Origin: Antedon mediterranea
Taxonomy: Eukaryota; Animalia; Echinodermata
DNA length: 64,000 bases
Assembly: GCF_964355755.1 (NCBI RefSeq)
Contig: NC_092671.1
Span: 25,928,070 to 25,992,069 of the forward strand
Direction: 5' to 3'
The notes beneath the pieces were generated by a model. The model was not told where the DNA came from. It made no database searches and was given only the letters and a program-made list of their open reading frames with translations. Below, one piece after another: positions 21,114 to 42,643 of this stretch. Position numbers and translations under genes: made by a program. Position 1 is the stretch's first letter. The number at the start of each line of letters is the position of its first letter.

Positions 21114-22827
21114 CTAAAGCCTTGTTGGAATTTAAGGTACAGGTGAATCATTGAATTATCATATAATTTGCGGACCATGACCGAAGCACTTCCGCTTCGA
21201 TCTATTCGACGAAAATCAAAAAAGGATAACTATTTTCTGCTTTATACTTAATTTAATGTAATGGTGATCTAATAACAGGCGTAACAACACATAATACATA
21301 TTGTAGTTTAATACTGGCTTAAATATTTTTGTTTTATATAAACTGTATTCTAAAAAATAGTTCTTTTCTAATGAAGAATCTGGGAAGTTTACAATCAAGC
21401 AACAACACCACATTCTACGTGAATTCTGCTGTACGTGAACTAGCCTTAATACCGCCTGATTACGGTATATAGGCCTATCAGTATTAGCTTCAGAATAAAT
21501 GACGACGCATTTGTTGTACCTTGATAGACAGAGCCCCAAGCAGACAGCCCACATTACAGATAATCTGTTCTGCAGCACAATACAACTGTACACGCGGTGT
21601 GATTCAACTAAAAGCAGTAAAAAGATTTTGGCACACAAGGCGTATCATATAATTTGCGGACCATGACCGAAGCACTTCCGCTTCGATCTATTCGACGAAA
21701 ATCAAAAAAGGATAACTATTTTCTGCTTTATACTTAATTTAATGTAATGGTGATCTAATAACAGGCGTAACAACACATAATACATATTGTAGTTTAATAC
21801 TGGCTTAAATATTTTTGTTTTATATAAACTGTATTCTAAAAAATGACAATTTAGAACTTAATTTTGCAATAGTACCTAATTTGGCGCCTTAAACCCAAAT
21901 AAAGTGCGGTACCTCATTTGGCAGTGGTACCTCATTTGGCGTGACACCCCTACTGTTCTGTATCCCGTTTGTCTTAATTTCCAAGTAAAAATGAGGTACC
22001 ACCACGTAACTCCTTATGATTAGGCCTATTATCATAGAAGAGTACTATACGGACGTCGTACCTGGAAATCACGGGAATTCAGTGTTTGTTGACCAATCAT
22101 TTTTTAAAGAGCCGTATCTGACCATTGCATTGCCCAGTCTGTAAAATTACAGCAGGCCTACTTTATATTATTGTGTTTTCCCTGTTTATCGATACCATGA
22201 AGGAAAACGTTTTTGTTCAATCAGAAAACTTTGCGAGATTTTTTTTAATGGATATTATAATTTATAGTTAGTCACCTGATTTTTGTGGCAAATCATTAAT
22301 AGTTTTGACATTGTTAGGGTTAGGGACTATAAGACAGATTTTGGTTGCATGATTGTGGAAAACCATCAATGTGGGTTTTTCTTCATACAAGCTACAGCCA
22401 AAATATAATAGGGGTATATATTTTTTCAAAGTCATCGTCAAACGCTGAGAGTCAATACAGTATTTCAAACGCATTCTTTCACCTCTAATTGCTCACATTT
22501 AATTAATAATATACTGAAATAAATTCGAGAAAACATTAACTTATTGTGTTTTGTTTTATTTATTGATCGTTGTTTATCGTTTGTAAACCACAGAAAACCA
22601 CAACTATAAAGAATAAAACATAAATTCACAAAATGCAACAAATTAATACAGTATTTGCGAGTGCAATCATGAAACATTAATATTATAAGTACTTTATCGA
22701 AACATATAAACATAATTGTGCAGATAATAGCACGTTGATATAAATTCGTTCTATTTACAAGGAATTCATTTAATATTTAAATTTATTTCAAACTAGTTTT
22801 ATCCGGAAGATTCGGTAATTGAGTTGT

Positions 22828-23703
<876 letters not shown>

Positions 23704-25096
23704 CTAAAGCCTTGTTGGAATTTAAGGTACAGGTGAATCATTGAATTATCATATAATTTGCGGACCATGACCGAAGCACTTCCGCTTCGATCTATTCGAC
23801 GAAAATCAAAAAAGGATAACTATTTTCTGCTTTATACTTAATTTAATGTAATGGTGATCTAATAACAGGCGTAACAACACATAATACATATTGTAGTTTA
23901 ATACTGGCTTAAATATTTTTGTTTTATATAAACTGTATTCTAAAAAATAGTTCTTTTCTAATGAAGAATCTGGGAAGTTTACAATCAAGCAACAACACCA
24001 CATTCTACGTGAATTCTGCTGTACGTGAACTAGCCTTAATACCGCCTGATTACGGTATATAGGCCTATCAGTATTAGCTTCAGAATAAATGACGACGCAT
24101 TTGTTGTACCTTGATAGACAGAGCCCCAAGCAGACAGCCCACATTACAGATAATCTGTTCTGCAGCACAATACAACTGTACACGCGGTGTGATTCAACTA
24201 AAAGCAGTAAAAAGATTTTGGCACACAAGGCGTATCATATAATTTGCGGACCATGACCGAAGCACTTCCGCTTCGATCTATTCGACGAAAATCAAAAAAG
24301 AATAACTATTTTCTGCTTTATAATACTTAATTTAATGTAATGGTGATCTAATAACAGGCGTAACAACACATAATACATATTGTAGTTTAATACTGGCTTA
24401 AATATTTTTGTTTTATATAAACTGTATTCTAAAAAATGACAATTTAGAACTTAATTTTGCAATAGTACCTAATTTGGCGCCTTAAACGTCAAATTAAGTG
24501 CGGTACCTCATTTGGCAGTGGTATTTCATTTGGCGTGACACCCCTACTGTTCTGTATCCCGTTTGTCTTAATTTCCAAGTAAAAATGAGGTACCACCACG
24601 TAACTCCTTATGATTAGGCCTATTATCACAGAAGAGTACTATACGGACGTCGTACCTGGAAATCACGGGAATTCAGTGTTTGTTGACCAATCATTTTTTA
24701 AAGAGCCGTATCTGACCATTGCATTGCCCAGTCTGTAAAATTACAGCAGGCCTACTTTATATAATTGTGTTTTCCCTGTTTATCGATACCATGAAGGAAA
24801 ACGTTTTTGTTCAATCAGAAAACTTTGCGAGATTTTTTTTAATGGATATTATAATTTATAGTTAGTCACCTGATTTTTGTGGCAAATCATTAATAGTTTT
24901 GACATTGTTAGGGTTAGGGACTATAAGACAGATTTTGGTTGCATGATTGTGGAAAACCATCAATGTGGGTTTTTCTTCATACAAGCTACAGCCAAAATAT
25001 AATAGGGGTATATATTTTTTCAAAGTCATCGTCAAACGCTGAGAGTCAATACAGTATTTCAAACGCATTCTTTCACCTCTAATTGCTCACATTTAA

Positions 25097-25390
25097 TTAA
25101 TAATAATAGTCCAAGTCGAGCAAATTATCGTAGCAGTCTGCAATGGATGATGCGGGTGGGGACGAACGCATACTCGACGAACAGTCACTGACCGATGCTA
25201 GGCTGTTTGGTGAACATGTCTCTGTGCGTTGTTGACCTACCATGCTGTGATCCCAGTCGTGTAATAGCGACTCAACATCATTTAAAACCTGTGAGGGTAA
25301 AACATACGGAGGTTGATAAGTCATTTGTGGCATATAAATCCTCGGCACATAATAATATGGTGTTTCCCCGCAGTAATAGTGGTAAGCCAT
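25097..25390 (-). pseudogene. KLF2/4: C-terminally truncated KLF copy (97 aa, no zinc fingers)
   Basis: Deletion junction taataata|gtccaag at ~25108. Protein ends ...DNLLDLDYYY*. ATG and upstream region are intact. Confidence 0.88.
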
Positions 25391-27158
25391 TTCTATACGT
25401 CCCCGCACTACGATTTTTTCAAACAGAATGTGTGATTGCTAAAGCCTTGTTGGAATTTAAGGTACAGGTGAATCATTGAATTATCATATAATTTGCGGAC
25501 CATGACCGAAGCACTTCCGCTTCGATCTATTCGACGAAAATCAAAAAAGGATAACTATTTTCTGCTTTATACTTAATTTAATGTAATGGTGATCTAATAA
25601 CAGGCGTAACAACACATAATACATATTGTAGTTTAATACTGGCTTAAATATTTTTGTTTTATATAAACTGTATTCTAAAAAATAGTTCTTTTCTAATGAA
25701 GAATCTGGGAAGTTTACAATCAAGCAACAACACCACATTCTACGTGAATTCTGCTGTACGTGAACTAGCCTTAATACCGCCTGATTACGGTATATAGGCC
25801 TATCAGTATTAGCTTCAGAATAAATGACGACCCATTTGTTGTACCTTGATAGACAGAGCCCCAAGCAGACAGCCCACATTACAGATAATCTGTTCTGCAG
25901 CACAATACAACTGTACACGCGGTGTGATTCAACTAAAAGCAGTAAAAAGATTTTGGCACACAAGGCGTATCATATAATTTGCGGACCATGACCGAAGCAC
26001 TTCCGCTTCGATCTATTCGACGAAAATCAAAAAAGAATAACTATTTTCTGCTTTATAATACTTAATTTAATGTAATGGTGATCTAATAACAGGCGTAACA
26101 ACACATAATACATATTGTAGTTTAATACTGGCTTAAATATTTTTGTTTTATATAAACTGTATTCTAAAAAATGACAATTTAGAACTTAATTTTGCAATAG
26201 TACCTAATTTGGCGCCTTAAACGCCAAATTAAGTGCGGTACCTCATTTGGCAGTGGTATTTCATTTGGCGTGACACCCCTACTGTTCTGTATCCCGTTTG
26301 TCTTAATTTCCAAGTAAAAATGAGGTACCACCACGTAACTCCTTATGATTAGGCCTATTATCATAGAAGAGTACTATACGGACGTCGTACCTGGAAATCA
26401 CGGGAATTCAGTGTTTGTTGACCAATCATTTTTTAAAGAGCCGTATCTGACCATTGCATTGCCCAGTCTGTAAAATTACAGCAGGCCTACTTTATATAAT
26501 TGTGTTTTCCCTGTTTATCGATACCATGAAGGAAAACGTTTTTGTTCAATCAGAAAACTTTGCGAGATTTTTTTTAATGGATATTATAATTTATAGTTAG
26601 TCACCTGATTTTTGTGGCAAATCATTAATAGTTTTGACATTGTTAGGGTTAGGGACTATAAGACAGATTTTGGTTGCATGATTGTGGAAAACCATCAATG
26701 TGGGTTTTTCTTCATACAAGCTACAGCCAAAATATAATAGGGGTATATATTTTTTCAAAGTCATCGTCAAACGCTGAGAGTCAATACAGTATTTCAAACG
26801 CATTCTTTCACCTCTAATTGCTCACATTTAATTAATAATAATACTGAAATAAATTCAAGAAAACATTAACTTATTGTGTTTTGTTTTATTTATTGATCGT
26901 TGTTTATCGTTTGTAAACCACAGAAAACCACAACTATAAAGAATAAAACATAAATTCACAAAATGCAACAAATTAATACAGTATTTGCGAGTGCAATCAT
27001 GAAACATTAATATTATAAGTACTTTATCGAAACATATAAAAATAATTGTGCAGATAATAGCACGTTGATATAAAATTCGTTCTATTTACAAGGAATTCAT
27101 TTAATATTTAAATTTATTTCAAACGAGTTTTATCCGGAAGATTCGGTAATTGAGTTGT

Positions 27159-27932
<774 letters not shown>

Positions 27933-29906
27933 CTATACGGACGTCGTACCTGGAAATCACGGGAATTCAGTGTTTGTTGACCAATCATTTTTTAAAGAGC
28001 CGTATCTGACCATTGCATTGCCCAGTCTGTAAAATTACAGCAGGCCTACTTTATATTATTGTGTTTTCCCTGTTTATCGATACCATGAAGGAAAACGTTT
28101 TTGTTCAATCAGAAAACTTTGCGAGATTTTTTTTAATGGATATTATAATTTATAGTTAGTCACCTGATTTTTGTGGCAAATCATTAATAGTTTTGACATT
28201 GTTAGGGTTAGGGTTCCAACGAAATGAAGAATCTGGGAAGTTTACAATCAAGCAACAACACCACATTCTACGTGAATTCTGCTGTACGTGAACTAGCCTT
28301 AATAACAAGGCGTATCATATAATTTGCGGACCATGACCGAAGCACTTCCACTTCGATCTATTCGACACATAATACATATTGTAGTTTAATACTGGCTTAA
28401 ATATTTTTGTTTTATATAAACTGTATTCTAAAAAATAGTTCTTTTCTAATGAAGAATCTGGGAAGTTTACAATCAAGCAACAACACCACATTCTACGTGA
28501 ATTCTGCTGTACGTGAACTAGCCTTAATACCGCCTGATTACGGTATATAGGCCTATCAGTATTAGCTTCAGAATAAATGACGACGCATTTGTTGTACCTT
28601 GATAGACAGAGCCCCAAGCAGACAGCCCACATTACAGATAATCTGTTCTGCAGCACAATACAACTGTACACGCGGTGATTCAACTAAAAGCAGTAAAAAG
28701 ATTTTTGCACACAAGGCGTATCATATAATTTGCGGACCATGACCGAAGCACTTCCGCTTCGATCTATTCGACGAAAATCAAAAAAGGATAACTATTTTCT
28801 GCTTTATACTTAATTTAATGTAATGGTGATCTAATAACAGGCGTAACAACACATAATACATATTGTAGTTTAATACTGGCTTAAATATTTTTGTTTTATA
28901 TAAACTGTATTCTAAAAAATGACAATTTAGAACTTAATTTTGCAATAGTACCTAATTTGGCGCCTTAAACGCCAAATTAAGTGCGGTACCTCATTTGGCA
29001 GTGGTACCTCATTTGGCGTGACACCCCTACTGTTCTGTATCCCGTTTGTCTTAATTTCCAAGTAAAAATGAGGTACCACCACGTAACTCCTTATGATTAG
29101 GCCTATTATCATAGAAGAGTACTATACGGACGTCGTACCTGGAAATCACGGGAATTCAGTGTTTGTTGACCAATCATTTTTTAAAGAGCCGTATCTGACC
29201 ATTGCATTGCCCAGTCTGTAAAATTACAGCAGGCCTACTTTATATTATTGTGTTTTCCCTGTTTATCGATACCATGAAGGAAAACGTTTTTGTTCAATCA
29301 GAAAATTTTGCGAGATTTTTTTTAATGGATATTATAATTTATAGTTAGTCACCTGATTTTTGTGGCAAATCATTAATAGTTTTGACATTGTTAGGGTTAG
29401 GGACTATAAGACAGATTTTGGTTGCATGATTGTGGAAAACCATCAATGTGGGTTTTTCTTCATACAAGCTACAGCCAAAATATAATAGGGGTATATATTT
29501 TTTCAAAGTCATCGTCAAACGCTGAGAGTCAATACAGTATTTCAAACGCATTCTTTCACCTCTAATTGCTCACATTTAATTAATAATAATACTGAAATAA
29601 ATTCAAGAAAACATTAACTTATTGTGTTTTGTTTTATTTATTGATCGTTGTTTATCGTTTGTAAACCACAGAAAACCACAACTATAAAGAATAAAACATA
29701 AATTCACAAAATGCAACAAATTAATACAGTATTTGCGAGTGCAATCATGAAACATTAATATTATAAGTACTTTATCGAAACATATAAAAATAATTGTGCA
29801 GATAATAGCACGTTGATATAAAATTCGTTCTATTTACAAGGAATTCATTTAATATTTAAATTTATTTCAAACGAGTTTTATCCGGAAGATTCGGTAATTG
29901 AGTTGT

Positions 29907-30782
<876 letters not shown>

Positions 30783-30932
30783 CTAAAGCCTTGTTGGAAT
30801 TTAAGGTACAGGTGAATCATTGAATTATCATATAATTTGCGGACCATGACCGAAGCACTTCCGCTTTGATCTATTCGACGAAAATAAAAAAAAGGATAAC
30901 TATTTTCTGCTTTATACTTAATTTAATGTAAT

Positions 30933-31506
30933 AATAATAATAATAAATGAAGACTTATATAGCGCCGGTATCCTCCACCCATGTGGCGCTCATGGCGCTT
31001 TGTGCATTAACAACGTGCGAGAACATCAGCGAATAGCGACGTCTTTAGGTTGGTCTTGAAACTGTTTTGACTAGTTGAGCATTTAACTGTTGCTGGTAAG
31101 CTGTTCCATACACTTGCGGCCGCAACGTAAAAAGATCTCTGACCCCACTGATTTTTCGCTCTACGCTCTTGAAGAAGGTCTTGTGACAATGATCGTAGGC
31201 CTCTGCGGGATGATTCGTAACGATCCACAAGGTCAGATAAATAAGCAGGAGCACTGTCATTTAGGATCTTGAATACAAACAACGCAAGTTTGTACTTAAT
31301 ACGTTGTTGAACAGGCAACCAATGCAAATCCATCAGGACAGGAGTTATGTGAGCGTTTGATTTTGTATAAGTTACAATTCTAGCTGCCATATTTTGCAAG
31401 CGCTGCAAACGTTGTATTTGAGATTTTGGTATGCCAAACAACAAGGCATTACCAATGTCAATTTTAGAAGTGACAAATGAGTGTACAATCAATTCAGCTG
31501 TTTTCT
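30933..31506 (-). mobile_element. 5'-truncated L2/CR1-type LINE (3' end of ORF2, 3'UTR, (TTA)n tail)
   Basis: ORF2 C-terminal motifs VHSFVTSKID, LQRLQNMAARIV, HITPVLMDLHWLPVQQRIKYK, WNSLP, FKTNLKT. Tail gcgctatataag...ttattattatt. 6-bp TSD tgtaat (30927-30932 / 31507-31512) relative to empty units. Confidence 0.93.
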
Positions 31507-32594
31507 TGTAATGGTGATCTAATAACAGGCGTAACAACACATAATACATATTGTAGTTTAATACTGGTTTAAATATTTTTGTTTTATATAAACTGTATTC
31601 TAAAAAATGACAATTTAGAACTTAATTTTGCAATAGTACCTAATTTGGCGCCTTAAACGCCAAATTAAGTGCGGTACCTCATTTGGCAGTGGTACCTCAT
31701 TTGGCGTGACACTCCTACTGTTCTGTATCCCGTTTGTCTTAATTTCCAAGTAAAAATGAGGTACCACCACGTAACTCCTTATGATTAGGCCTATTATCAT
31801 AGAAGAGTACTATACGGACGTCGTACCTGGAAATCACGAGAATTCAGTGTTTGTTGACCAATCATTTTTTAAAGAGCCGTATCTGACCATTGCATTGCCC
31901 AGTCTGTAAAATTACAGCAGGCCTACTTTATATTATTGTGTTTTCCCTGTTTATCGATACCATGAAGGAAAACGTTTTTGTTCAATCAGAAAACTTTGCG
32001 AGATTTTTTTTAATGGATATTATAATTTATAGTTAGTCACCTGATTTTTGTGGCAAATCATTAATAGTTTTGACATTGTTAGGGTTAGGGACTATAAGAC
32101 AGATTTTGGTTGCATGATTGTGGAAAACCATCAATGTGGGTTTTTCTTCATACAAGCTACAGCCAAAATATAATAGGGGTATATATTTTTTCAAAGTCAT
32201 CGTCAAACGCTGAGAGTCAATACAGTATTTCAAACGCATTCTTTCACCTCTAATTGCTCACATTTAATTAATAATAATACTGAAATAAATTCAAGAAAAC
32301 ATTAACTTATTGTGTTTTGTTTTATTTATTGATCGTTGTTTATCGTTTGTAAACCACAGAAAACCACAACTATAAAGAATAAAACATAAATTCACAAAAT
32401 GCAACAAATTAATACAGTATTTGCGAGTGCAATCATGAAACATTAATATTATAAGTACTTTATCGAAACATATAAAAATAATTGTGCAGATAATAGCACG
32501 TTGATATAAAATTCGTTCTATTTACAAGGAATTCATTTAATATTTAAATTTATTTCAAACGAGTTTTATCCGGAAGATTCGGTAATTGAGTTGT

Positions 32595-33470
<876 letters not shown>

Positions 33471-33620
33471 CTAAAGCCTTGTTGGAATTTAAGGTACAGG
33501 TGAATCATTGAATTATCATATAATTTGCGGACCATGACCGAAGCACTTCCGCTTTGATCTATTCGACGAAAATAAAAAAAAGGATAACTATTTTCTGCTT
33601 TATACTTAATTTAATGTAAT

Positions 33621-34194
33621 AATAATAATAATAAATGAAGACTTATATAGCGCCGGTATCCTCCACCCATGTGGCGCTCATGGCGCTTTGTGCATTAACA
33701 ACGTGCGAGAACATCAGCGAATAGCGACGTCTTTAGGTTGGTCTTGAAACTGTTTTGACTAGTTGAGCATTTAACTGTTGCTGGTAAGCTGTTCCATACA
33801 CTTGCGGCCGCAACGTAAAAAGATCTCTGACCCCACTGATTTTTCGCTCTACGCTCTTGAAGAAGGTCTTGTGACAATGATCGTAGGCCTCTGCGGGATG
33901 ATTCGTAACGATCCACAAGGTCAGATAAATAAGCAGGAGCACTGTCATTTAGGATCTTGAATACAAACAACGCAAGTTTGTACTTAATACGTTGTTGAAC
34001 AGGCAACCAATGCAAATCCATCAGGACAGGAGTTATGTGAGCGTTTGATTTTGTATAAGTTACAATTCTAGCTGCCATATTTTGCAAGCGCTGCAAACGT
34101 TGTATTTGAGATTTTGGTATGCCAAACAACAAGGCATTACCAATGTCAATTTTAGAAGTGACAAATGAGTGTACAATCAATTCAGCTGTTTTCT
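33621..34194 (-). mobile_element. 5'-truncated L2/CR1-type LINE, duplicated copy
   Basis: Same sequence, site and TSD as 30933-31506. Confidence 0.93.
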
Positions 34195-35766
34195 TGTAAT
34201 GGTGATCTAATAACAGGCGTAACAACACATAATACATATTGTAGTTTAATACTGGTTTAAATATTTTTGTTTTATATAAACTGTATTCTAAAAAATAGTT
34301 CTTTTCTAATGAAGAATCTGGGAAGTTTACAATCAAGCAACAACACCACATTCTACGTGAATTCTGCTGTACGTGAACTAGCCTTAATACCGCCTGATTA
34401 CGGTATATAGGCCTATCAGTATTAGCTTCAGAATAAATGACGACGCATTTGTTGTACCTTGATAGACAGAGCCCCAAGCAGACAGCCCACATTACAGATA
34501 ATCTGTTCTGCAGCACAATACAACTGTACACGCGGTGATTCAACTAAAAGCAGTAAAAAGATTTTTGCACACAAGGCGTATCATATAATTTGCGGACCAT
34601 GACCGAAGCACTTCCGCTTCGATCTATTCGACGAAAATCAAAAAAGGATAACTATTTTCTGCTTTATACTTAATTTAATGTAATGGTGATCTAATAACAG
34701 GCGTAACAACACATAATACATATTGTAGTTTAATACTGGCTTAAATATTTTTGTTTTATATAAACTGTATTCTAAAAAATGACAATTTAGAACTTAATTT
34801 TGCAATAGTACCTAATTTGGCGCCTTAAACGCCAAATTAAGTGCGGTACCTCATTTGGCAGTGGTACCTCATTTGGCGTGACACCCCTACTGTTCTGTAT
34901 CCCGTTTGTCTTAATTTCCAAGTAAAAATGAGGTACCACCACGTAACTCCTTATGATTAGGCCTATTATCATAGAAGAGTACTATACGGACGTCGTACCT
35001 GGAAATCACGGGAATTCAGTGTTTGTTGACCAATCATTTTTTAAAGAGCCGTATCTGACCATTGCATTGCCCAGTCTGTAAAATTACAGCAGGCCTACTT
35101 TATATTATTGTGTTTTCCCTGTTTATCGATACCATGAAGGAAAACGTTTTTGTTCAATCAGAAAATTTTGCGAGATTTTTTTTAATGGATATTATAATTT
35201 ATAGTTAGTCACCTGATTTTTGTGGCAAATCATTAATAGTTTTGACATTGTTAGGGTTAGGGACTATAAGACAGATTTTGGTTGCATGATTGTGGAAAAC
35301 CATCAATGTGGGTTTTTCTTCATACAAGCTACAGCCAAAATATAATAGGGGTATATATTTTTTCAAAGTCATCGTCAAACGCTGAGAGTCAATACAGTAT
35401 TTCAAACGCATTCTTTCACCTCTAATTGCTCACATTTAATTAATAATAATACTGAAATAAATTCAAGAAAACATTAACTTATTGTGTTTTGTTTTATTTA
35501 TTGATCGTTGTTTATCGTTTGTAAACCACAGAAAACCACAACTATAAAGAAAAAAACATAAATTCACAAAATGCAACAAATTAATACAGTATTTGCGAGT
35601 GCAATCATGAAACATTAATATTATAAGTACTTTATCGAAACATATAAAAATAATTGTGCAGATAATAGCACGTTGATATAAAATTCGTTCTATTTACAAG
35701 GAATTCATTTAATATTTAAATTTATTTCAAACGAGTTTTATCCGGAAGATTCGGTAATTGAGTTGT

Positions 35767-36642
<876 letters not shown>

Positions 36643-36792
36643 CTAAAGCCTTGTTGGAATTTAAGGTACAGGTGAATCATTGAATTATCATATAATTTGC
36701 GGACCATGACCGAAGCACTTCCGCTTTGATCTATTCGACGAAAATAAAAAAAAGGATAACTATTTTCTGCTTTATACTTAATTTAATGTAAT

Positions 36793-37366
36793 AATAATAA
36801 TAATAAATGAAGACTTATATAGCGCCGGTATCCTCCACCCATGTGGCGCTCATGGCGCTTTGTGCATTAACAACGTGCGAGAACATCAGCGAATAGCGAC
36901 GTCTTTAGGTTGGTCTTGAAACTGTTTTGACTAGTTGAGCATTTAACTGTTGCTGGTAAGCTGTTCCATACACTTGCGGCCGCAACGTAAAAAGATCTCT
37001 GACCCCACTGATTTTTCGCTCTACGCTCTTGAAGAAGGTCTTGTGACAATGATCGTAGGCCTCTGCGGGATGATTCGTAACGATCCACAAGGTCAGATAA
37101 ATAAGCAGGAGCACTGTCATTTAGGATCTTGAATACAAACAACGCAAGTTTGTACTTAATACGTTGTTGAACAGGCAACCAATGCAAATCCATCAGGACA
37201 GGAGTTATGTGAGCGTTTGATTTTGTATAAGTTACAATTCTAGCTGCCATATTTTGCAAGCGCTGCAAACGTTGTATTTGAGATTTTGGTATGCCAAACA
37301 ACAAGGCATTACCAATGTCAATTTTAGAAGTGACAAATGAGTGTACAATCAATTCAGCTGTTTTCT
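36793..37366 (-). mobile_element. 5'-truncated L2/CR1-type LINE, duplicated copy
   Basis: Same sequence, site and TSD. Confidence 0.93.
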
Positions 37367-38454
37367 TGTAATGGTGATCTAATAACAGGCGTAACAACAC
37401 ATAATACATATTGTAGTTTAATACTGGTTTAAATATTTTTGTTTTATATAAACTGTATTCTAAAAAATGACAATTTAGAACTTAATTTTGCAATAGTACC
37501 TAATTTGGCGCCTTAAACGCCAAATTAAGTGCGGTACCTCATTTGGCAGTGGTACCTCATTTGGCGTGACACTCCTACTGTTCTGTATCCCGTTTGTCTT
37601 AATTTCCAAGTAAAAATGAGGTACCACCACGTAACTCCTTATGATTAGGCCTATTATCATAGAAGAGTACTATACGGACGTCGTACCTGGAAATCACGAG
37701 AATTCAGTGTTTGTTGACCAATCATTTTTTAAAGAGCCGTATCTGACCATTGCATTGCCCAGTCTGTAAAATTACAGCAGGCCTACTTTATATTATTGTG
37801 TTTTCCCTGTTTATCGATACCATGAAGGAAAACGTTTTTGTTCAATCAGAAAACTTTGCGAGATTTTTTTTAATGGATATTATAATTTATAGTTAGTCAC
37901 CTGATTTTTGTGGCAAATCATTAATAGTTTTGACATTGTTAGGGTTAGGGACTATAAGACAGATTTTGGTTGCATGATTGTGGAAAACCATCAATGTGGG
38001 TTTTTCTTCATACAAGCTACAGCCAAAATATAATAGGGGTATATATTTTTTCAAAGTCATCGTCAAACGCTGAGAGTCAATACAGTATTTCAAACGCATT
38101 CTTTCACCTCTAATTGCTCACATTTAATTAATAATAATACTGAAATAAATTCAAGAAAACATTAACTTATTGTGTTTTGTTTTATTTATTGATCGTTGTT
38201 TATCGTTTGTAAACCACAGAAAACCACAACTATAAAGAATAAAACATAAATTCACAAAATGCAACAAATTAATACAGTATTTGCGAGTGCAATCATGAAA
38301 CATTAATATTATAAGTACTTTATCGAAACATATAAAAATAATTGTGCAGATAATAGCACGTTGATATAAAATTCGTTCTATTTACAAGGAATTCATTTAA
38401 TATTTAAATTTATTTCAAACGAGTTTTATCCGGAAGATTCGGTAATTGAGTGTT

Positions 38455-39330
<876 letters not shown>

Positions 39331-39480
39331 CTAAAGCCTTGTTGGAATTTAAGGTACAGGTGAATCATTGAATTATCATATAATTTGCGGACCATGACCG
39401 AAGCACTTCCGCTTTGATCTATTCGACGAAAATAAAAAAAAGGATAACTATTTTCTGCTTTATACTTAATTTAATGTAAT

Positions 39481-40045
39481 AATAATAATAATAAATGAAG
39501 ACTTATATAGCGCCGGTATCCTCCACCCATGTGGCGCTTTGTGCATTAACAACGTGCGAGAACATCAGCGAATAGCGACGTCTTTAGGTTGGTCTTGAAA
39601 CTGTTTTGACTAGTTGAGCATTTAACTGTTGCTGGTAAGCTGTTCCATACACTTGCGGCCGCAACGTAAAAAGATCTCTGACCCCACTGATTTTTCGCTC
39701 TACGCTCTTGAAGAAGGTCTTGTGACAATGATCGTAGGCCTCTGCGGGATGATTCGTAACGATCCACAAGGTCAGATAAATAAGCAGGAGCACTGTCATT
39801 TAGGATCTTGAATACAAACAACGCAAGTTTGTACTTAATACGTTGTTGAACAGGCAACCAATGCAAATCCATCAGGACAGGAGTTATGTGAGCGTTTGAT
39901 TTTGTATAAGTTACAATTCTAGCTGCCATATTTTGCAAGCGCTGCAAACGTTGTATTTGAGATTTTGGTATGCCAAACAACAAGGCATTACCAATGTCAA
40001 TTTTAGAAGTGACAAATGAGTGTACAATCAATTCAGCTGTTTTCT
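39481..40045 (-). mobile_element. 5'-truncated L2/CR1-type LINE, copy with 9-bp deletion in the 3'UTR
   Basis: gtggcgctttgtgc instead of gtggcgctcatggcgctttgtgc; same TSD. Confidence 0.93.
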
Positions 40046-41617
40046 TGTAATGGTGATCTAATAACAGGCGTAACAACACATAATACATATTGTAGTTTAA
40101 TACTGGTTTAAATATTTTTGTTTTATATAAACTGTATTCTAAAAAATAGTTCTTTTCTAATGAAGAATCTGGGAAGTTTACAATCAAGCAACAACACCAC
40201 ATTCTACGTGAATTCTGCTGTACGTGAACTAGCCTTAATACCGCCTGATTACGGTATATAGGCCTATCAGTATTAGCTTCAGAATAAATGACGACGCATT
40301 TGTTGTACCTTGATAGACAGAGCCCCAAGCAGACAGCCCACATTACAGATAATCTGTTCTGCAGCACAATACAACTGTACACGCGGTGATTCAACTAAAA
40401 GCAGTAAAAAGATTTTTGCACACAAGGCGTATCATATAATTTGCGGACCATGACCGAAGCACTTCCGCTTCGATCTATTCGACGAAAATCAAAAAAGGAT
40501 AACTATTTTCTGCTTTATACTTAATTTAATGTAATGGTGATCTAATAACAGGCGTAACAACACATAATACATATTGTAGTTTAATACTGGCTTAAATATT
40601 TTTGTTTTATATAAACTGTATTCTAAAAAATGACAATTTAGAACTTAATTTTGCAATAGTACCTAATTTGGCGCCTTAAACGCCAAATTAAGTGCGGTAC
40701 CTCATTTGGCAGTGGTACCTCATTTGGCGTGACACCCCTACTGTTCTGTATCCCGTTTGTCTTAATTTCCAAGTAAAAATGAGGTACCACCACGTAACTC
40801 CTTATGATTAGGCCTATTATCATAGAAGAGTACTATACGGACGTCGTACCTGGAAATCACGGGAATTCAGTGTTTGTTGACCAATCATTTTTTAAAGAGC
40901 CGTATCTGACCATTGCATTGCCCAGTCTGTAAAATTACAGCAGGCCTACTTTATATTATTGTGTTTTCCCTGTTTATCGATACCATGAAGGAAAACGTTT
41001 TTGTTCAATCAGAAAATTTTGCGAGATTTTTTTTAATGGATATTATAATTTATAGTTAGTCACCTGATTTTTGTGGCAAATCATTAATAGTTTTGACATT
41101 GTTAGGGTTAGGGACTATAAGACAGATTTTGGTTGCATGATTGTGGAAAACCATCAATGTGGGTTTTTCTTCATACAAGCTACAGCCAAAATATAATAGG
41201 GGTATATATTTTTTCAAAGTCATCGTCAAACGCTGAGAGTCAATACAGTATTTCAAACGCATTCTTTCACCTCTAATTGCTCACATTTAATTAATAATAA
41301 TACTGAAATAAATTCAAGAAAACATTAACTTATTGTGTTTTGTTTTATTTATTGATCGTTGTTTATCGTTTGTAAACCACAGAAAACCACAACTATAAAG
41401 AAAAAAACATAAATTCACAAAATGCAACAAATTAATACAGTATTTGCGAGTGCAATCATGAAACATTAATATTATAAGTACTTTATCGAAACATATAAAA
41501 ATAATTGTGCAGATAATAGCACGTTGATATAAAATTCGTTCTATTTACAAGGAATTCATTTAATATTTAAATTTATTTCAAACGAGTTTTATCCGGAAGA
41601 TTCGGTAATTGAGTTGT

Positions 41618-42493
<876 letters not shown>

Positions 42494-42643
42494 CTAAAGC
42501 CTTGTTGGAATTTAAGGTACAGGTGAATCATTGAATTATCATATAATTTGCGGACCATGACCGAAGCACTTCCGCTTTGATCTATTCGACGAAAATAAAA
42601 AAAAGGATAACTATTTTCTGCTTTATACTTAATTTAATGTAAT

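Noticed and set aside
33695-34543. 282-aa and 180-aa ORFs as novel genes
   Set aside because: Chance in-frame fusions of spacer sequence with the truncated LINE ORF2 tail; the RT core is absent.
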